DNA from: an uncultured archaeon
GTDB lineage: Archaea; Altiarchaeota; Altiarchaeia; JAFGQM01
Reading direction: 5' to 3'
Length of the DNA stretch: 42,093 bases
Assembly (NCBI GenBank): GCA_964592405.1
Contig: CAZQBY010000002.1
Coordinates: forward strand, 15,317-57,409
Shown: positions 1-9,427 of the stretch, piece after piece
How positions within the stretch are numbered: position 1 is the first letter of the stretch
How the letters are laid out: every line of letters begins with the position of its first letter
Position numbers and translations under genes: made by a program
The notes under the pieces: generated by a model
Seen by the model: only the letters and a program-made list of their open reading frames with translations
The model's database searches: none
What the model was told of the DNA's origin: nothing

Positions 1-305
1 AATATTAAATCAAATATTTGAAAAAACCTCCGTAAATATGGAAAACAAAGAATTAAATTGATGGAAATTGGAAGGAATTACAACAATGAAATCAGATCTA
101 GCAAGGGAAAAATCAAAGTCAGCACATAACTATAGATTTAGTTAGACTAAGTTGGGATAAAACTTATAACAAACCAGAACAAAATATTATAACAAACTGG
201 GGTAAAATATTAATTTGAAAAAACCTCCGAGAAAAAAGAGATTGATTATTTCAGGTAGTTTGAATTGTTTATTGAGAAGGAGTTGGAAATAAACAGAGGA
301 TAAAT
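1..305. other. AT-rich non-coding region with direct repeats (possible origin or regulatory region)
   Basis: No ORF of 60 aa or more; much more AT-rich than the genes. Exact 17-mer ATTTGAAAAAACCTCCG at 16-32 and 213-229; TAAATATGGAAA at 33-44 and 301-312; TTATAACAAAC twice in 164-197. Confidence 0.5.
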
Positions 306-1607
306 ATGGAAATACACGCAGTAGGCGGATATGAAGCTATAGGCCGCAATATGACATTAGTGAGGGTAGATGGGGCTCAGCTGGCACTGGATTGTGGACT
401 CAAGCTAGATTCATACCTGCTGTATTACGGCAGGACTGAAAAAAACTTTGAGGATATACCCACTAAGGATCTGCTAGCCGTGGGGGCACTGCCGGAGCTG
501 GGAGATGTAGGAACTATAGATGCCTTTATAATATCACATGGTCACCTAGACCATATAGGGGGATTAAGCCGTTTTATAGACTCGCATCCTGCCCAAGTCT
601 TCTGCACGCATTACGCTGCAGGCCTGATAAAAAGATGGCTCGTGAAGGGCCAGCTGGACAGGGTATCTGAAGTCAGTTTTGGCCAGAGTATAAAAGTGAC
701 ACCCCGTCTGTCTGCCGAACTGGTTCAGGTAACACATTCCATACCCCAAGCCTCCATAGTGGATATACACTCCTCTGAAGGCGATATTGTCTATGCCTGT
801 GACTATAAATTTGATGATCATTCCAGAATAGCCAAAACCAATTACAAGAGACTCAAAAGTATTGGAAAACAGGGGGTGAAGTGTCTTATAGTCGAGTCTC
901 TCAATGTGGATAAGGAAGGCAAGTGCGACTCAGAAAAGGTCGCCCGTGCCAAGATAAGAGATGTTATGGAATTCGCACATGAGAACAGTGGAGCAATATT
1001 TGCCACCACCTTCTCCACACATCTGGAGAGAATACAAAGGATGGTACAGGTAGCCAGCAGGCTTGGCAGAAAGATAGTCATAGCCGGAAGCAGCTATGTA
1101 CCAAACTGCAATATGGGAAGGGAAATGGGTCTGCTGAGTCTGCCAGATGACGCAGTCATCGCTGGGAGAGGGCTGGAAAATGTTTTCAAAAAGATCAAGA
1201 ACGAAAGAGACAAGTATTTTATTCTGGCTACGGGCCATCAGGGAGAGCCAGGCTCGGTATTGTCAAGGATTGTGGATGGCAAACTGAAATTTGGGTTTGA
1301 AAAGGGGGATTCTGTGATATTCTCATCGCGAACCATACCGACAGACGTAAACATCGCCAACCGCAGTCAGATGGTGGACAAAATGAAGAATATCGGTGTG
1401 AGGATATATGATGAGGCGCATGTCTCCGGCCATGCTTACCGTGAGGAGCACCGCAAATTGATAAGAATACTGAATCCGGAAAACATCATACCTGCACACG
1501 GAGATATAAAAATGCTGGCCTCATACTTTGACTTGGCGGAGGAGGAGGGTTACAGGGCTAATACTGATGTTCATCTGATGAGAAACGGAGACACGATAAC
1601 GCTCTGA
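306..1607 (+). CDS. rnj: Ribonuclease J (beta-CASP metallo-beta-lactamase)
   Basis: VGGYEAIGRNM start, SHGHLDHIG motif, HSIP, D-YKFD, ATGHQGEP, HVSGHA and IIPAHGD motifs. Confidence 0.93.
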   Translation: MEIHAVGGYEAIGRNMTLVRVDGAQLALDCGLKLDSYLLYYGRTEKNFEDIPTKDLLAVGALPELGDVGTIDAFIISHGHLDHIGGLSRFIDSHPAQVFCTHYAAGLIKRWLVKGQLDRVSEVSFGQSIKVTPRLSAELVQVTHSIPQASIVDIHSSEGDIVYACDYKFDDHSRIAKTNYKRLKSIGKQGVKCLIVESLNVDKEGKCDSEKVARAKIRDVMEFAHENSGAIFATTFSTHLERIQRMVQVASRLGRKIVIAGSSYVPNCNMGREMGLLSLPDDAVIAGRGLENVFKKIKNERDKYFILATGHQGEPGSVLSRIVDGKLKFGFEKGDSVIFSSRTIPTDVNIANRSQMVDKMKNIGVRIYDEAHVSGHAYREEHRKLIRILNPENIIPAHGDIKMLASYFDLAEEEGYRANTDVHLMRNGDTITL

Positions 1608-1720
1608 GGACATTCCCCAAAATATAGTTGCTGTCAGCCATGCCTTCGACTATAATTGTGTCCAGTTGTAGCGAATTTTACATTATTTTAATATCGCCTG
1701 TCTCTAATTAAGGTCTGTGT

Positions 1721-1749
1721 AAGGCGCTGTAGGTGCAAGGCGCTGTAGG
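1721..1749 (+). repeat. 13-bp direct repeat (16-bp period) in the tRNA leader
   Basis: AAGGCGCTGTAGG at 1721-1733 and 1737-1749. Confidence 0.8.
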
Positions 1750-1819
1750 CAGGGGTAGCATAGTGGCCATGCAACCGGCTGCAGACCGGTTTACGGGAGT
1801 TCAATTCTCCCCCCCTGCT
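1749..1819 (+). tRNA. tRNA-Cys(GCA), intronless, CCA not encoded
   Basis: Acceptor stem GCAGGGG/CCCCTGC with discriminator T; anticodon arm ACCGG-CTGCAGA-CCGGT (GCA at 1781-1783); T-arm GGGAG-TTCAATT-CTCCC. Confidence 0.95.
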
Positions 1820-1831
1820 TATGCCTCTCTA

Positions 1832-1873
1832 TGCGCTGGTTTTTCTTTGTTTGCGCTAGCTTTTTCTTTGTTT
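1832..1873 (+). terminator. Duplicated oligo-T tract after the tRNA (probable terminator; may also serve as promoter of the next gene)
   Basis: TGCGCTGGTTTTTCTTTGTT followed by TGCGCTAGCTTTTTCTTTGTTT. Confidence 0.45.
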
Positions 1874-1890
1874 ATGCTCTAGAGTTGGCG

Positions 1891-3105
1891 ATGGCTAGGA
1901 GGCGCGGCTATCTTCAGGAGAGGGAAATCACCTGGAGAGAGGCACGGGAAAGGCACATCTGGCGTGGAACACTAATAAGGCCGGGAAAACCAAGACCAAA
2001 ACCGTTAGAGCAGTTACATGTAAGGATAAGCCCCACTCATGTATATGTGCCACGCTGGCCGGTTATGGAAGACGGAAGTCTTAGGGAGACACCGGACATG
2101 ATACGCCTCATGGACCTGCCAACCGCTATACGACAGCAGGTTCATAAGCTTGAGGGTGAGAGGAGCGCAAACCGCAGGATGCTAAGGATAAGACATGCGG
2201 TAGAGATGATACATGCACGTGTAGTTGACCACTGGAACTCCATGACAGCGGAAGAAAAGGAAGAGGTATGGAGGCATCTTGAACAGATACGCACTGCGCT
2301 CAGGGGACGTAGACGGATAAGCGATTTGGATGCAAGAGACAGAAAAAAGGCTGTTGAGCGGCTTGAGAGACTTCTTGATAGGCGAAGACCGGGTGAAATA
2401 GCTGCTACACTGGTGGGAGTAGCCAATGATCTAACTGCTAGGAGGAATGTCCTGCTACCACAGATGAGGTTTACAGAACGCATGAGGAAAGCCCTTATAG
2501 AAAGGAAAACCCACTTGGATGAAACAGCATTCCGACTGCTAGATGAAGTTATAGCCCACCGGACTAGACTCAGGAGAGAGGGTATTCCAAGAGCAGGACC
2601 CATAAAGAGGGAGCTTCTGACCAGATTAAGGCAGTTGATTAGCACTCTGGATAACAGGCCTGAGCCAGAGCTGAGGGAGAATGCCGCAAGGCATGTCAGA
2701 GAAGCTGTGGATGCCCTTCGGGGACGAAGACCAGATATCCAGAGGGCCATAGGAAGCCTAAGGCGTGGAGCTCGTGCAATACTTGCATCAAACGCGCGAT
2801 ATACATGGCTCTACCCGTCAAGGCTTGATCAGGTTGCCCAGAGCCAGAGCAGAAGGTTCAAAGAAATGATCGCCGAAAGGCAGTTGAGGCTCTTTAGAGA
2901 CAATCTAGAATACTGGCATTCACCCAAGTCACATGAACCACTAAGTGCGAGGGATATCGGGGAGCTGCTAAGAAGGATAGGTCAACTTGTGCCTGGAACA
3001 AGACTACATCATGCTGCAGAAAGTGCTGCCGAGCTCCTCAGGAGGAGACAGATACGGGAGGCAAAACAGATACTTATGCAGGCATTGGAAGCCGAAGAGC
3101 GCTAG
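1891..3105 (+). CDS. Hypothetical Arg-rich helical protein (404 aa, about 19% Arg)
   Basis: Long ORF. ATG 1891 (MARRRG) preferred because the upstream extension is the T-tract. 76 Arg counted, no Cys, no recognised motif. Confidence 0.8.
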   Translation: MARRRGYLQEREITWREARERHIWRGTLIRPGKPRPKPLEQLHVRISPTHVYVPRWPVMEDGSLRETPDMIRLMDLPTAIRQQVHKLEGERSANRRMLRIRHAVEMIHARVVDHWNSMTAEEKEEVWRHLEQIRTALRGRRRISDLDARDRKKAVERLERLLDRRRPGEIAATLVGVANDLTARRNVLLPQMRFTERMRKALIERKTHLDETAFRLLDEVIAHRTRLRREGIPRAGPIKRELLTRLRQLISTLDNRPEPELRENAARHVREAVDALRGRRPDIQRAIGSLRRGARAILASNARYTWLYPSRLDQVAQSQSRRFKEMIAERQLRLFRDNLEYWHSPKSHEPLSARDIGELLRRIGQLVPGTRLHHAAESAAELLRRRQIREAKQILMQALEAEER

Positions 3106-3157
3106 TGTAGAGAGTGTTGATACCCAAGCTTTTAATTTCCATTTTGTTTAAAATAAA

Positions 3158-4093
3158 ATGGTTGGATACGGTTCAGGAAAGGTAATCCTGTTTGGCGAGC
3201 ATTTTGTTGTATATGGGCTTCCGGGGATAGCTGGTGGAATAGACAACAAGACCACGGCTGAGGCCGAGACAAGCAATGAGCCGGGCCTTCATGTCGTAGA
3301 TAAACGCCCCGCAGTTGCAGGTTACAAGGAGAGTAAAGCAGAGCAGTTTAAAGAGAGCTTGGAATACATAAAAAAAGCGATACCGGAGGTGGACTGGGAA
3401 AAAAACGGCATCAGAATAATACTGGGTGGAAATTTGGTTGCCGCTTCGGGTGTAGGAGCCTCAGCTGCCGCCTGTGCGGCCATTGCGCGCGCCATAAATG
3501 AATTCTTTAATTTGGGTTTTGACGACGAGCGCATCAACAGGATAGCATATGAAGGCGAGAAGGGTTATCATGGCTCTCCATCAGGTTTGGATAACACCTG
3601 TGCCACCTACGGCACACTGATAAAATTCCAGCGCAGGCCGGATGGAAATGTCATCGAGAGGCTCAAACTGGATAACAGTGTTGGGATTGTCATGGCCAAT
3701 ACCGGCATACCCGCAAACACCAAAGCCCTTGTAGCAGGAGTGAAAGAGCGAAAAGAGAAGGAACCTGAAAAATACAAAAAGTTGTTTGAGGATTACAAAA
3801 AGTTGTTTGAGGATGCATTCAGGGCTCTCAAGGCCGGCGACTGGAAATCAGTGGGCATGCTCATGGACAAAAACCAAGAGCTTCTAAGGGAGATTGGAGT
3901 CAGCCATCCAAAACTTGAGGAGCTCATCAGTGTAGCAAGAGATGCCGGAGCTTATGGGGCCAAACTCACCGGGGGCGGTGGGGGTGGTTATATGGTCGCC
4001 CTTACGCCCGGAAAGGAATTGCAGGACAAGGTGGCAGGGGCTCTAAAAAAGGAGGTTGAACTTGTCTTGAAAGCAAGCATAGGTGGGAGATGA
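3158..4093 (+). CDS. mvk: Mevalonate kinase (GHMP family)
   Basis: GKVILFGEHFVVYG, SGVGASAA, HGSPSGLD, GAKLTGGGGGG. Confidence 0.93.
   Translation: MVGYGSGKVILFGEHFVVYGLPGIAGGIDNKTTAEAETSNEPGLHVVDKRPAVAGYKESKAEQFKESLEYIKKAIPEVDWEKNGIRIILGGNLVAASGVGASAAACAAIARAINEFFNLGFDDERINRIAYEGEKGYHGSPSGLDNTCATYGTLIKFQRRPDGNVIERLKLDNSVGIVMANTGIPANTKALVAGVKERKEKEPEKYKKLFEDYKKLFEDAFRALKAGDWKSVGMLMDKNQELLREIGVSHPKLEELISVARDAGAYGAKLTGGGGGGYMVALTPGKELQDKVAGALKKEVELVLKASIGGR
3773..3814 (+). repeat. Exact 21-bp tandem duplication inside mvk
   Basis: TACAAAAAGTTGTTTGAGGAT twice, encoding YKKLFED-YKKLFED. Confidence 0.85.
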
Positions 4094-4287
4094 GATGCAA
4101 GGGGCAGACTGGAAACTCTGTAATCTGGGGAGCCGGCTGTCTGCTGGTGGCATTTGGTATATTCTTTCTGCTGAGGGCATGGAGAGATGGAAATTCTGGA
4201 GAACAGGTCTTGTCAGTCCTTGAGACCTTTTTGGGGAGTATCCTTCTGCTCTTTGGAGGGATAAGTCTTTATCTGGCACACAAGTAG
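4090..4287 (+). CDS. Small hypothetical membrane protein (two predicted TM helices)
   Basis: ATGA overlap with the mvk stop; two hydrophobic stretches. Confidence 0.55.
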   Translation: MRCKGQTGNSVIWGAGCLLVAFGIFFLLRAWRDGNSGEQVLSVLETFLGSILLLFGGISLYLAHK

Positions 4288-4309
4288 AAAGGTGTTGTGT
4301 AGAAAACCG

Positions 4310-6724
4310 CTAGACTCTCTTTTTTGCCATCTCCCTCTCCTTCTTCGCAATGCGCAGTCTTGTTTTTATAACTGTGTCCGGGTTGAGGGAGATCGAGTCG
4401 ATTCCTTGTTCGACCAAAAACTCTGCAAAATCTGGGAAGTCAGACGGGGCCTGACCACATATGCCTATCTTGCGCCTGTTCTTCTTGGCAGTCCTGATAA
4501 CATCTGCTATTAGCCTCTTCACAGCCTCATTGCGTTCATCGTATATGTGGTTGACAAGCTCCGAATCCCTGTCCAAGCCAAGGGCCAGCTGCGTCAGATC
4601 ATTGGAGCCGATGCTGAATCCATCAAATATCTGGGAGAAGTGATCTGCAAGTATGACATTGCTGGGTATCTCACACATGACATAAACCTCCAGCCCCTTT
4701 ATGCCTCTCTTGAGACCGTTCTTGCGCATAACAGACAGGACCTTCTTGCCCTCTTCAACCGTCCTGCAAAATGGTATCATGACCTTAAGATTGGTCAAAC
4801 CGAACTCCTCTCTGACTTTCCTTACCGCTTTGCACTCCAAGGCAAAGGCCTGTTCATATTGGGGGGAGTAATAACGGGATGCGCCCCTCCAACCTATCAT
4901 TGGGTTGTTCTCACAGGGCTCATAAAGCCGGCCGCCTATGAGATTGGCATATTCATTGCTTTTAAAATCACTGAAGCGTAGTATGACATCCTTTGGGTAG
5001 AATGCTGCAGCTATCATGCCAATACCCTGTGCCAGCTTGTCAACAAAAAAGTCTGCCTTGTCCGAGTAACCATATGTGAGGGAGTCTATCTCTTCTATTA
5101 AGTCAGCATTTTCACGTCTTTTCTTGAGTGTTTTGTAGTTGAGCAGGGCTAATGGATGTATCTTGATGTGGCTGTTGATGATGAATTCCTCACGCGCCAG
5201 GCCGACACCGTCGTTCGGCAGGAAACTGGCCTCAAAGGCCTGTTCTGGATTGGCAAGATTCATCATTATTTTGGTTCGCGTCTTTGGAATCTTGTCGAGC
5301 CTTATCCTGTCCACTGTATATCGGAGCAGGCCATCATAAACAAAACCTTCTTCACCCTCACCACAGGACACTGTCACAAGCTGACCATTCTTCAGGATCT
5401 CTGTCGCGCGCAGAGTGCCAACGACGCATGGTATACCCAATTCGCGTGAGACTATTGCAGCATGGCAGGTGCGGCCTCCGCGGTTGGTAACAATTGCAGA
5501 GGCTATCTTCATTATCGGCTCCCAGTCTGGATCGGTCATATCTGTAACAAGAACTTCGCCCTTTTTGAAACGATGCATCTCGTGTGCATCCTTTATGACC
5601 TTGACCCTCCCTGCACCTATCTTTGACCCTACACTCTGCCCGCGTATCAAAATCCTCCCTTTCTCCAGCATACGGTAATCCTCAAAGGTTGTCTTGTCCC
5701 TCTGGCTCTGGACAGTCTCCGGGCGGGCTTGGACAATAAAAAGCTCGTTTGTGATTCCGTCCTTGGCCCATTCCATATCCATAGGCTTCTTGTAATGGTC
5801 TTCAATTATACACGCCCATCTGGCTAGCTGGAGGATTTCATCATCACTGATGGAAAACTGACGGCGCAGTTCGTCAGGCACACCAACATTCTTGGTCGGA
5901 TGTTTTGAACCATCCTCTGCATATATCATCCTTATTGACTTCCCGCCCAAGGTCTTGGAGATTATGGGTTTAAAACCCTTTCTCAGAGTAGGTTTAAAGA
6001 CATAGAACTCGTCGGGGTTGACTGCACCCTGAACAACATTCTCACCAAGGCCGTATGAGGATGTTATGAATACAACATCCCTAAACCCGCTTTCAGTATC
6101 GAGTGTAAACATCACACCGGCAGCAGCCTTGTCTGAGCGGACCATCTTCTGAACACCTATGGACAACGCAACCTTAAAGTGATCAAAACCCTTGTCCTTG
6201 CGGTATGATATGGCACGGTCTGTAAAGAGGGAAGCGAAGCATTTTTTGCACGCCTCGAGGAGAGCATATTTGCCACGGATGTTCAGATAGGTTTCCTGCT
6301 GGCCGGCAAATGATGCATCCGGGAGATCCTCTGCGGTAGCGGAGGAACGGACTGCAACATCTGTGTCTGGCCCATACTCTCTGCAGAGTTCTCTATAAGC
6401 TGAATTTATTGCATCTTCCAAATCCAGAGGGAATTGTGCCTCTAGGATTCTCTTCCTGATTTCCAATCCACGACTGCGCAGATTTTTGATATCATGTGTG
6501 TTGAGGCCCTTGAGGAGTTTTTTGATATCATCCTCAATTCCAGCCTCCCTAAGAAGATAACGGTATGCCTCGGCTGTGATGGCAAAGCCGTTGGGGATAT
6601 TAACGCCCTTTTTGGTCAACTTGCGATACATCTCTCCAAGAGAGGCATTCTTACCTCCAACCAAGGAAACGTCTCTTATCCCAAGCTGGTCAAACCACAA
6701 AATGAACTTCCCACCAGTCTTCAT
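4310..6724 (-). CDS. ppsA: Phosphoenolpyruvate synthase (pyruvate,water dikinase)
   Basis: VGGKNASLGEM, VAVRSSATAEDLPDASFAGQQETY, GGRTCHAAIVSRELG (phospho-His), FSIGSNDLTQ. Confidence 0.97.
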   Translation of the reverse strand: MKTGGKFILWFDQLGIRDVSLVGGKNASLGEMYRKLTKKGVNIPNGFAITAEAYRYLLREAGIEDDIKKLLKGLNTHDIKNLRSRGLEIRKRILEAQFPLDLEDAINSAYRELCREYGPDTDVAVRSSATAEDLPDASFAGQQETYLNIRGKYALLEACKKCFASLFTDRAISYRKDKGFDHFKVALSIGVQKMVRSDKAAAGVMFTLDTESGFRDVVFITSSYGLGENVVQGAVNPDEFYVFKPTLRKGFKPIISKTLGGKSIRMIYAEDGSKHPTKNVGVPDELRRQFSISDDEILQLARWACIIEDHYKKPMDMEWAKDGITNELFIVQARPETVQSQRDKTTFEDYRMLEKGRILIRGQSVGSKIGAGRVKVIKDAHEMHRFKKGEVLVTDMTDPDWEPIMKIASAIVTNRGGRTCHAAIVSRELGIPCVVGTLRATEILKNGQLVTVSCGEGEEGFVYDGLLRYTVDRIRLDKIPKTRTKIMMNLANPEQAFEASFLPNDGVGLAREEFIINSHIKIHPLALLNYKTLKKRRENADLIEEIDSLTYGYSDKADFFVDKLAQGIGMIAAAFYPKDVILRFSDFKSNEYANLIGGRLYEPCENNPMIGWRGASRYYSPQYEQAFALECKAVRKVREEFGLTNLKVMIPFCRTVEEGKKVLSVMRKNGLKRGIKGLEVYVMCEIPSNVILADHFSQIFDGFSIGSNDLTQLALGLDRDSELVNHIYDERNEAVKRLIADVIRTAKKNRRKIGICGQAPSDFPDFAEFLVEQGIDSISLNPDTVIKTRLRIAKKEREMAKKRV

Positions 6725-6751
6725 GGTGCTATAGTTAGGAAAGGTGATTAA

Positions 6752-6780
6752 AAAATCAGTCCAAAGAAAATCAGTCCAAG
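6752..6780. repeat. 15-bp-period tandem duplication at the ttuA stop codon
   Basis: AAAATCAGTCCAAAG followed by AAAATCAGTCCAAG. Confidence 0.75.
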
Positions 6781-7715
6781 CCCAACGCCTTCTTCATCTG
6801 GCAGAATTTGCACCACCTCCCGGAGCTCACCTCACCACATTTCTCACATATCCTTGGACCTTGACCCTCCTTGGTAATGTAGTATTCCCTGAGTATTGGC
6901 GCCAGTTCGTCTATGCTCGCAAGTGTCTGATAACGGGTTCCGGGATATTTCTCCTCAAGCTCCAGAACAATCTTCTTCATGCTTATCCTGAAGGCTTCGG
7001 TATTGTATGGGCACGCACAGTAGGAAGTTGGGATCTCCATTATCTGCGTGTAAAGCTTGACCTCGGATTCCGGAGTCTCACGCAACGGCTTTATTCTGGG
7101 AACAAACTTCTCGTGACCTATGGCCCCGACCATCGCGCCTGCCCGCGCGATGCGGTAGGCATCCCCCCTTACAAAGTTCATAAGACCCGTCTGCACCTCA
7201 TCATCAAGGTTGTGGCCAGTCGCAAGTTTGGTTGCGCCAAGTTCTCTGGCCTTAAGATTGAGAAGTTGCCTTCGGAAAACGCCGCAGTAGCTGCATGAAG
7301 GCATCCTGTTTGGAGACTCCGCAACCCTTGCCATTATTTCCTTGATTGTCGCGCCCAGTTCTTCCTTGAAACTGAAAATGTGGCAGGGGACCCCTAGCAT
7401 ATCACAGTATTGCCTGGCGGTGTCTACCAGCCGGTCGCGGTACTCGCCCGAGCCTTCATTTATTATTATCGCAAATAGCTCTGACTTTGGGGCTTTATGG
7501 GCCAGCTTGGCCAGGATGGTCAGCACAGTCATGGAGTCCTTCCCACCTGAAAGGGCAACCGCTATTTTGTCGTCTGGTTCAAGTAACTCATATCGCCGGA
7601 TGGTGCGCCTGACGCGACTCTCGAAGAACCTTACAAAGCATTCCTCGCAGAGGCTCTGGTTTACATATGGTAGATTTATTACAGTCTTTTCTTTTTTACA
7701 GCGTGAGCACGTCAT
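6771..7715 (-). CDS. ttuA: tRNA 2-thiolation protein, TtuA/NcsA (TtcA/Ctu1 family)
   Basis: N-terminal CxxC...CxxC zinc finger, PP-loop SGGKDS, CSYCGVFRR, TGHNLDD, C-terminal CxxC..CxxC. Start placed at MTCSRC. Confidence 0.88.
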   Translation of the reverse strand: MTCSRCKKEKTVINLPYVNQSLCEECFVRFFESRVRRTIRRYELLEPDDKIAVALSGGKDSMTVLTILAKLAHKAPKSELFAIIINEGSGEYRDRLVDTARQYCDMLGVPCHIFSFKEELGATIKEIMARVAESPNRMPSCSYCGVFRRQLLNLKARELGATKLATGHNLDDEVQTGLMNFVRGDAYRIARAGAMVGAIGHEKFVPRIKPLRETPESEVKLYTQIMEIPTSYCACPYNTEAFRISMKKIVLELEEKYPGTRYQTLASIDELAPILREYYITKEGQGPRICEKCGEVSSGRWCKFCQMKKALGLD

Positions 7716-7746
7716 TTTTATATAAATATCGGATATGCGAGTTAGA

Positions 7747-8790
7747 CTACTCATCCACAAAATGCTTCATTGTCTGCCCCCCATGATCTGTCTGGGCAGG
7801 CTGTCTGAATATAACACCATCCCTGTCCAGTTTCTGTATAATCCTGCGGAGTGTTGAGTCTGGAATCCTCAACCCCTCCTTTCTTACCAGTTCGCTGAGA
7901 TGACCGCTCTCGATGCCGGGGTTGTTTCTTATCACATTCACTATACATTTTGCTCTCTCATCAAGTTCCATTCTCTCAGGATCCACTATCTTTGCCTTAC
8001 ACTCTATCACATGCTCCACTGTAATACGCTTAGAGGCTGACTTCTCTGCATTTCTTCCGGCCTCACGCATCATGATAAGTCCCACACGTATGTCGCCCTT
8101 TTCATAACACCTGTCAACAACCATCTGGAAGGCCTCCCTACCCCACACCCCCGGATGGAAGGCAACCCGCATTCTCTCACGCAGTATACCCTCTACTTCT
8201 GCTCTCTTATAGGCAGGGAACTGCACCCCTTCAATGACCAGACGTGAGCGTATGCGTGCATCCATACTCGCAAGGAAATCCTCTTCATTGGTTATCATGA
8301 GCAGGGTAAAGCGAGGGATGTTCTCGGCAATCTGATACAGGAAATCATAGTCATTGGCGGCATCTACCTCATCCAAGGCTATCGCAACCCCTTTGAAGCG
8401 CGGGAGCGCCTCTTCTATCTTGCCCCAAAGCTCCTCGTTGTTTCGGAACTGGGAACCGGTAACTCCCAGTTGCTTCGCCATCTCTGTCAATACCTGATTT
8501 GTAGTCTGCTTCTTCCAGCAGTTGACGAACAAGGGCCTGATATCACTTGTCTTCTCCTCTAGCTCCCTGAAGACAAATCTGACACAGGAGGTCTTGCCGA
8601 TACCGGGGGCACCGCTGACCAGGAGATTTTTGCCCTGTCTTCCCTGTGCCAGCGGCTTGATACATTCTGCAATATATTGCTGTTGGTTTTCCCTGTATGG
8701 CAATAGAGACGGCAGATAGTCAAATTCCAGCGTATCCTCATTCCTAAAGAGCGTTTCGCCCTCACTCAGAATATTATCGAAGAGTGGCAT
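7747..8790 (-). CDS. cdc6: Orc1/Cdc6 replication initiator
   Basis: LFRNEDTLEFDYLPSLLPYRE, Walker A GAPGIGKT, VNCW, Walker B LDEVD, GDIR sensor, C-terminal wHTH-like region. Start at MPLFDN. Confidence 0.9.
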   Translation of the reverse strand: MPLFDNILSEGETLFRNEDTLEFDYLPSLLPYRENQQQYIAECIKPLAQGRQGKNLLVSGAPGIGKTSCVRFVFRELEEKTSDIRPLFVNCWKKQTTNQVLTEMAKQLGVTGSQFRNNEELWGKIEEALPRFKGVAIALDEVDAANDYDFLYQIAENIPRFTLLMITNEEDFLASMDARIRSRLVIEGVQFPAYKRAEVEGILRERMRVAFHPGVWGREAFQMVVDRCYEKGDIRVGLIMMREAGRNAEKSASKRITVEHVIECKAKIVDPERMELDERAKCIVNVIRNNPGIESGHLSELVRKEGLRIPDSTLRRIIQKLDRDGVIFRQPAQTDHGGQTMKHFVDE

Positions 8791-8794
8791 GCGC

Positions 8795-9421
8795 TTATTT
8801 TTCTGTTTGATTTTTAAAATCCTCCCTGAGAGATGCCCCAAAGGTCCCGAGGGAAAAATGAAGAGCATCAGCCAGAACATTTCTCCTCCCAAGTGTTGAG
8901 GCTGTGTTCTTCAATTTTCCCTGATCAGAGAAGTAATCTGATCTAAAGGCCATCTGAAGAAAGAACACGGCTGAGGACTGTGTCCGGCCTAGGGGGATGC
9001 TTCCCTCCGGGATCTCCCAACCAACATAGAAGTTCAATCCCTTGGTCATTGAATTGGAGAACAGGAGTATGTTGGCCTGCTGTCCCTCAAAACTCCTCAC
9101 CATATCGTCGCCTATATAGCCAACATAGGGTTTTTGGGTTGGCTCAAACTCGCGCTTGGCGCCCTCGATAATCTCCATCAGCTGGATAAATGTTTTGGCA
9201 GTGGATTCCGGATTTGTGAGATCGAGGGATTTTCTGAGGAAATCTACATGCTTCCTACCCTCCTCCAAGGTCAGCACATTCCTTCCGGACAGGAGCTTGA
9301 CAAGTTGTAACGGCCTGTTGTTGAATCCAATGATTTTGGTTCCATATTCCTCGCCCAGATTTAGTTTTATTGTTGCCAGTGAAAGGGCCTTTTTCAGGCC
9401 CCTTATGACATATTTGTCCAT
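8795..9421 (-). CDS. Hypothetical protein (208 aa) between DP2 and Cdc6
   Basis: Fills the gap exactly: 6 bp from the DP2 stop and 4 bp to the cdc6 start. Globular composition; no motif recognised. Confidence 0.75.
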   Translation of the reverse strand: MDKYVIRGLKKALSLATIKLNLGEEYGTKIIGFNNRPLQLVKLLSGRNVLTLEEGRKHVDFLRKSLDLTNPESTAKTFIQLMEIIEGAKREFEPTQKPYVGYIGDDMVRSFEGQQANILLFSNSMTKGLNFYVGWEIPEGSIPLGRTQSSAVFFLQMAFRSDYFSDQGKLKNTASTLGRRNVLADALHFSLGTFGASLREDFKNQTEK

Positions 9422-9427
9422 TGTGAA

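Noticed and set aside
1608-1663. Imperfect hairpin after rnj (GGACA..TATAGTTG/CGACTATA..TGTCC)
   Set aside because: Weak stem with no recognisable RNA family; could be chance.
1831-1890. Signal-peptide-like N-terminus MRWFFFVCASFFFVYA
   Set aside because: It is the translation of the duplicated T-tract after the tRNA; ATG 1891 is the more plausible start.
1749-3157. Integrated element at tRNA-Cys
   Set aside because: No integrase and no duplicated tRNA 3' end (attR) seen in the window.
6744-7298. 184-aa plus-strand ORF and other long antisense ORFs (2142-2750, 17452-18189, 24897-25739, 32337-33167)
   Set aside because: They are shadows of better-supported genes on the opposite strand and show no motifs.
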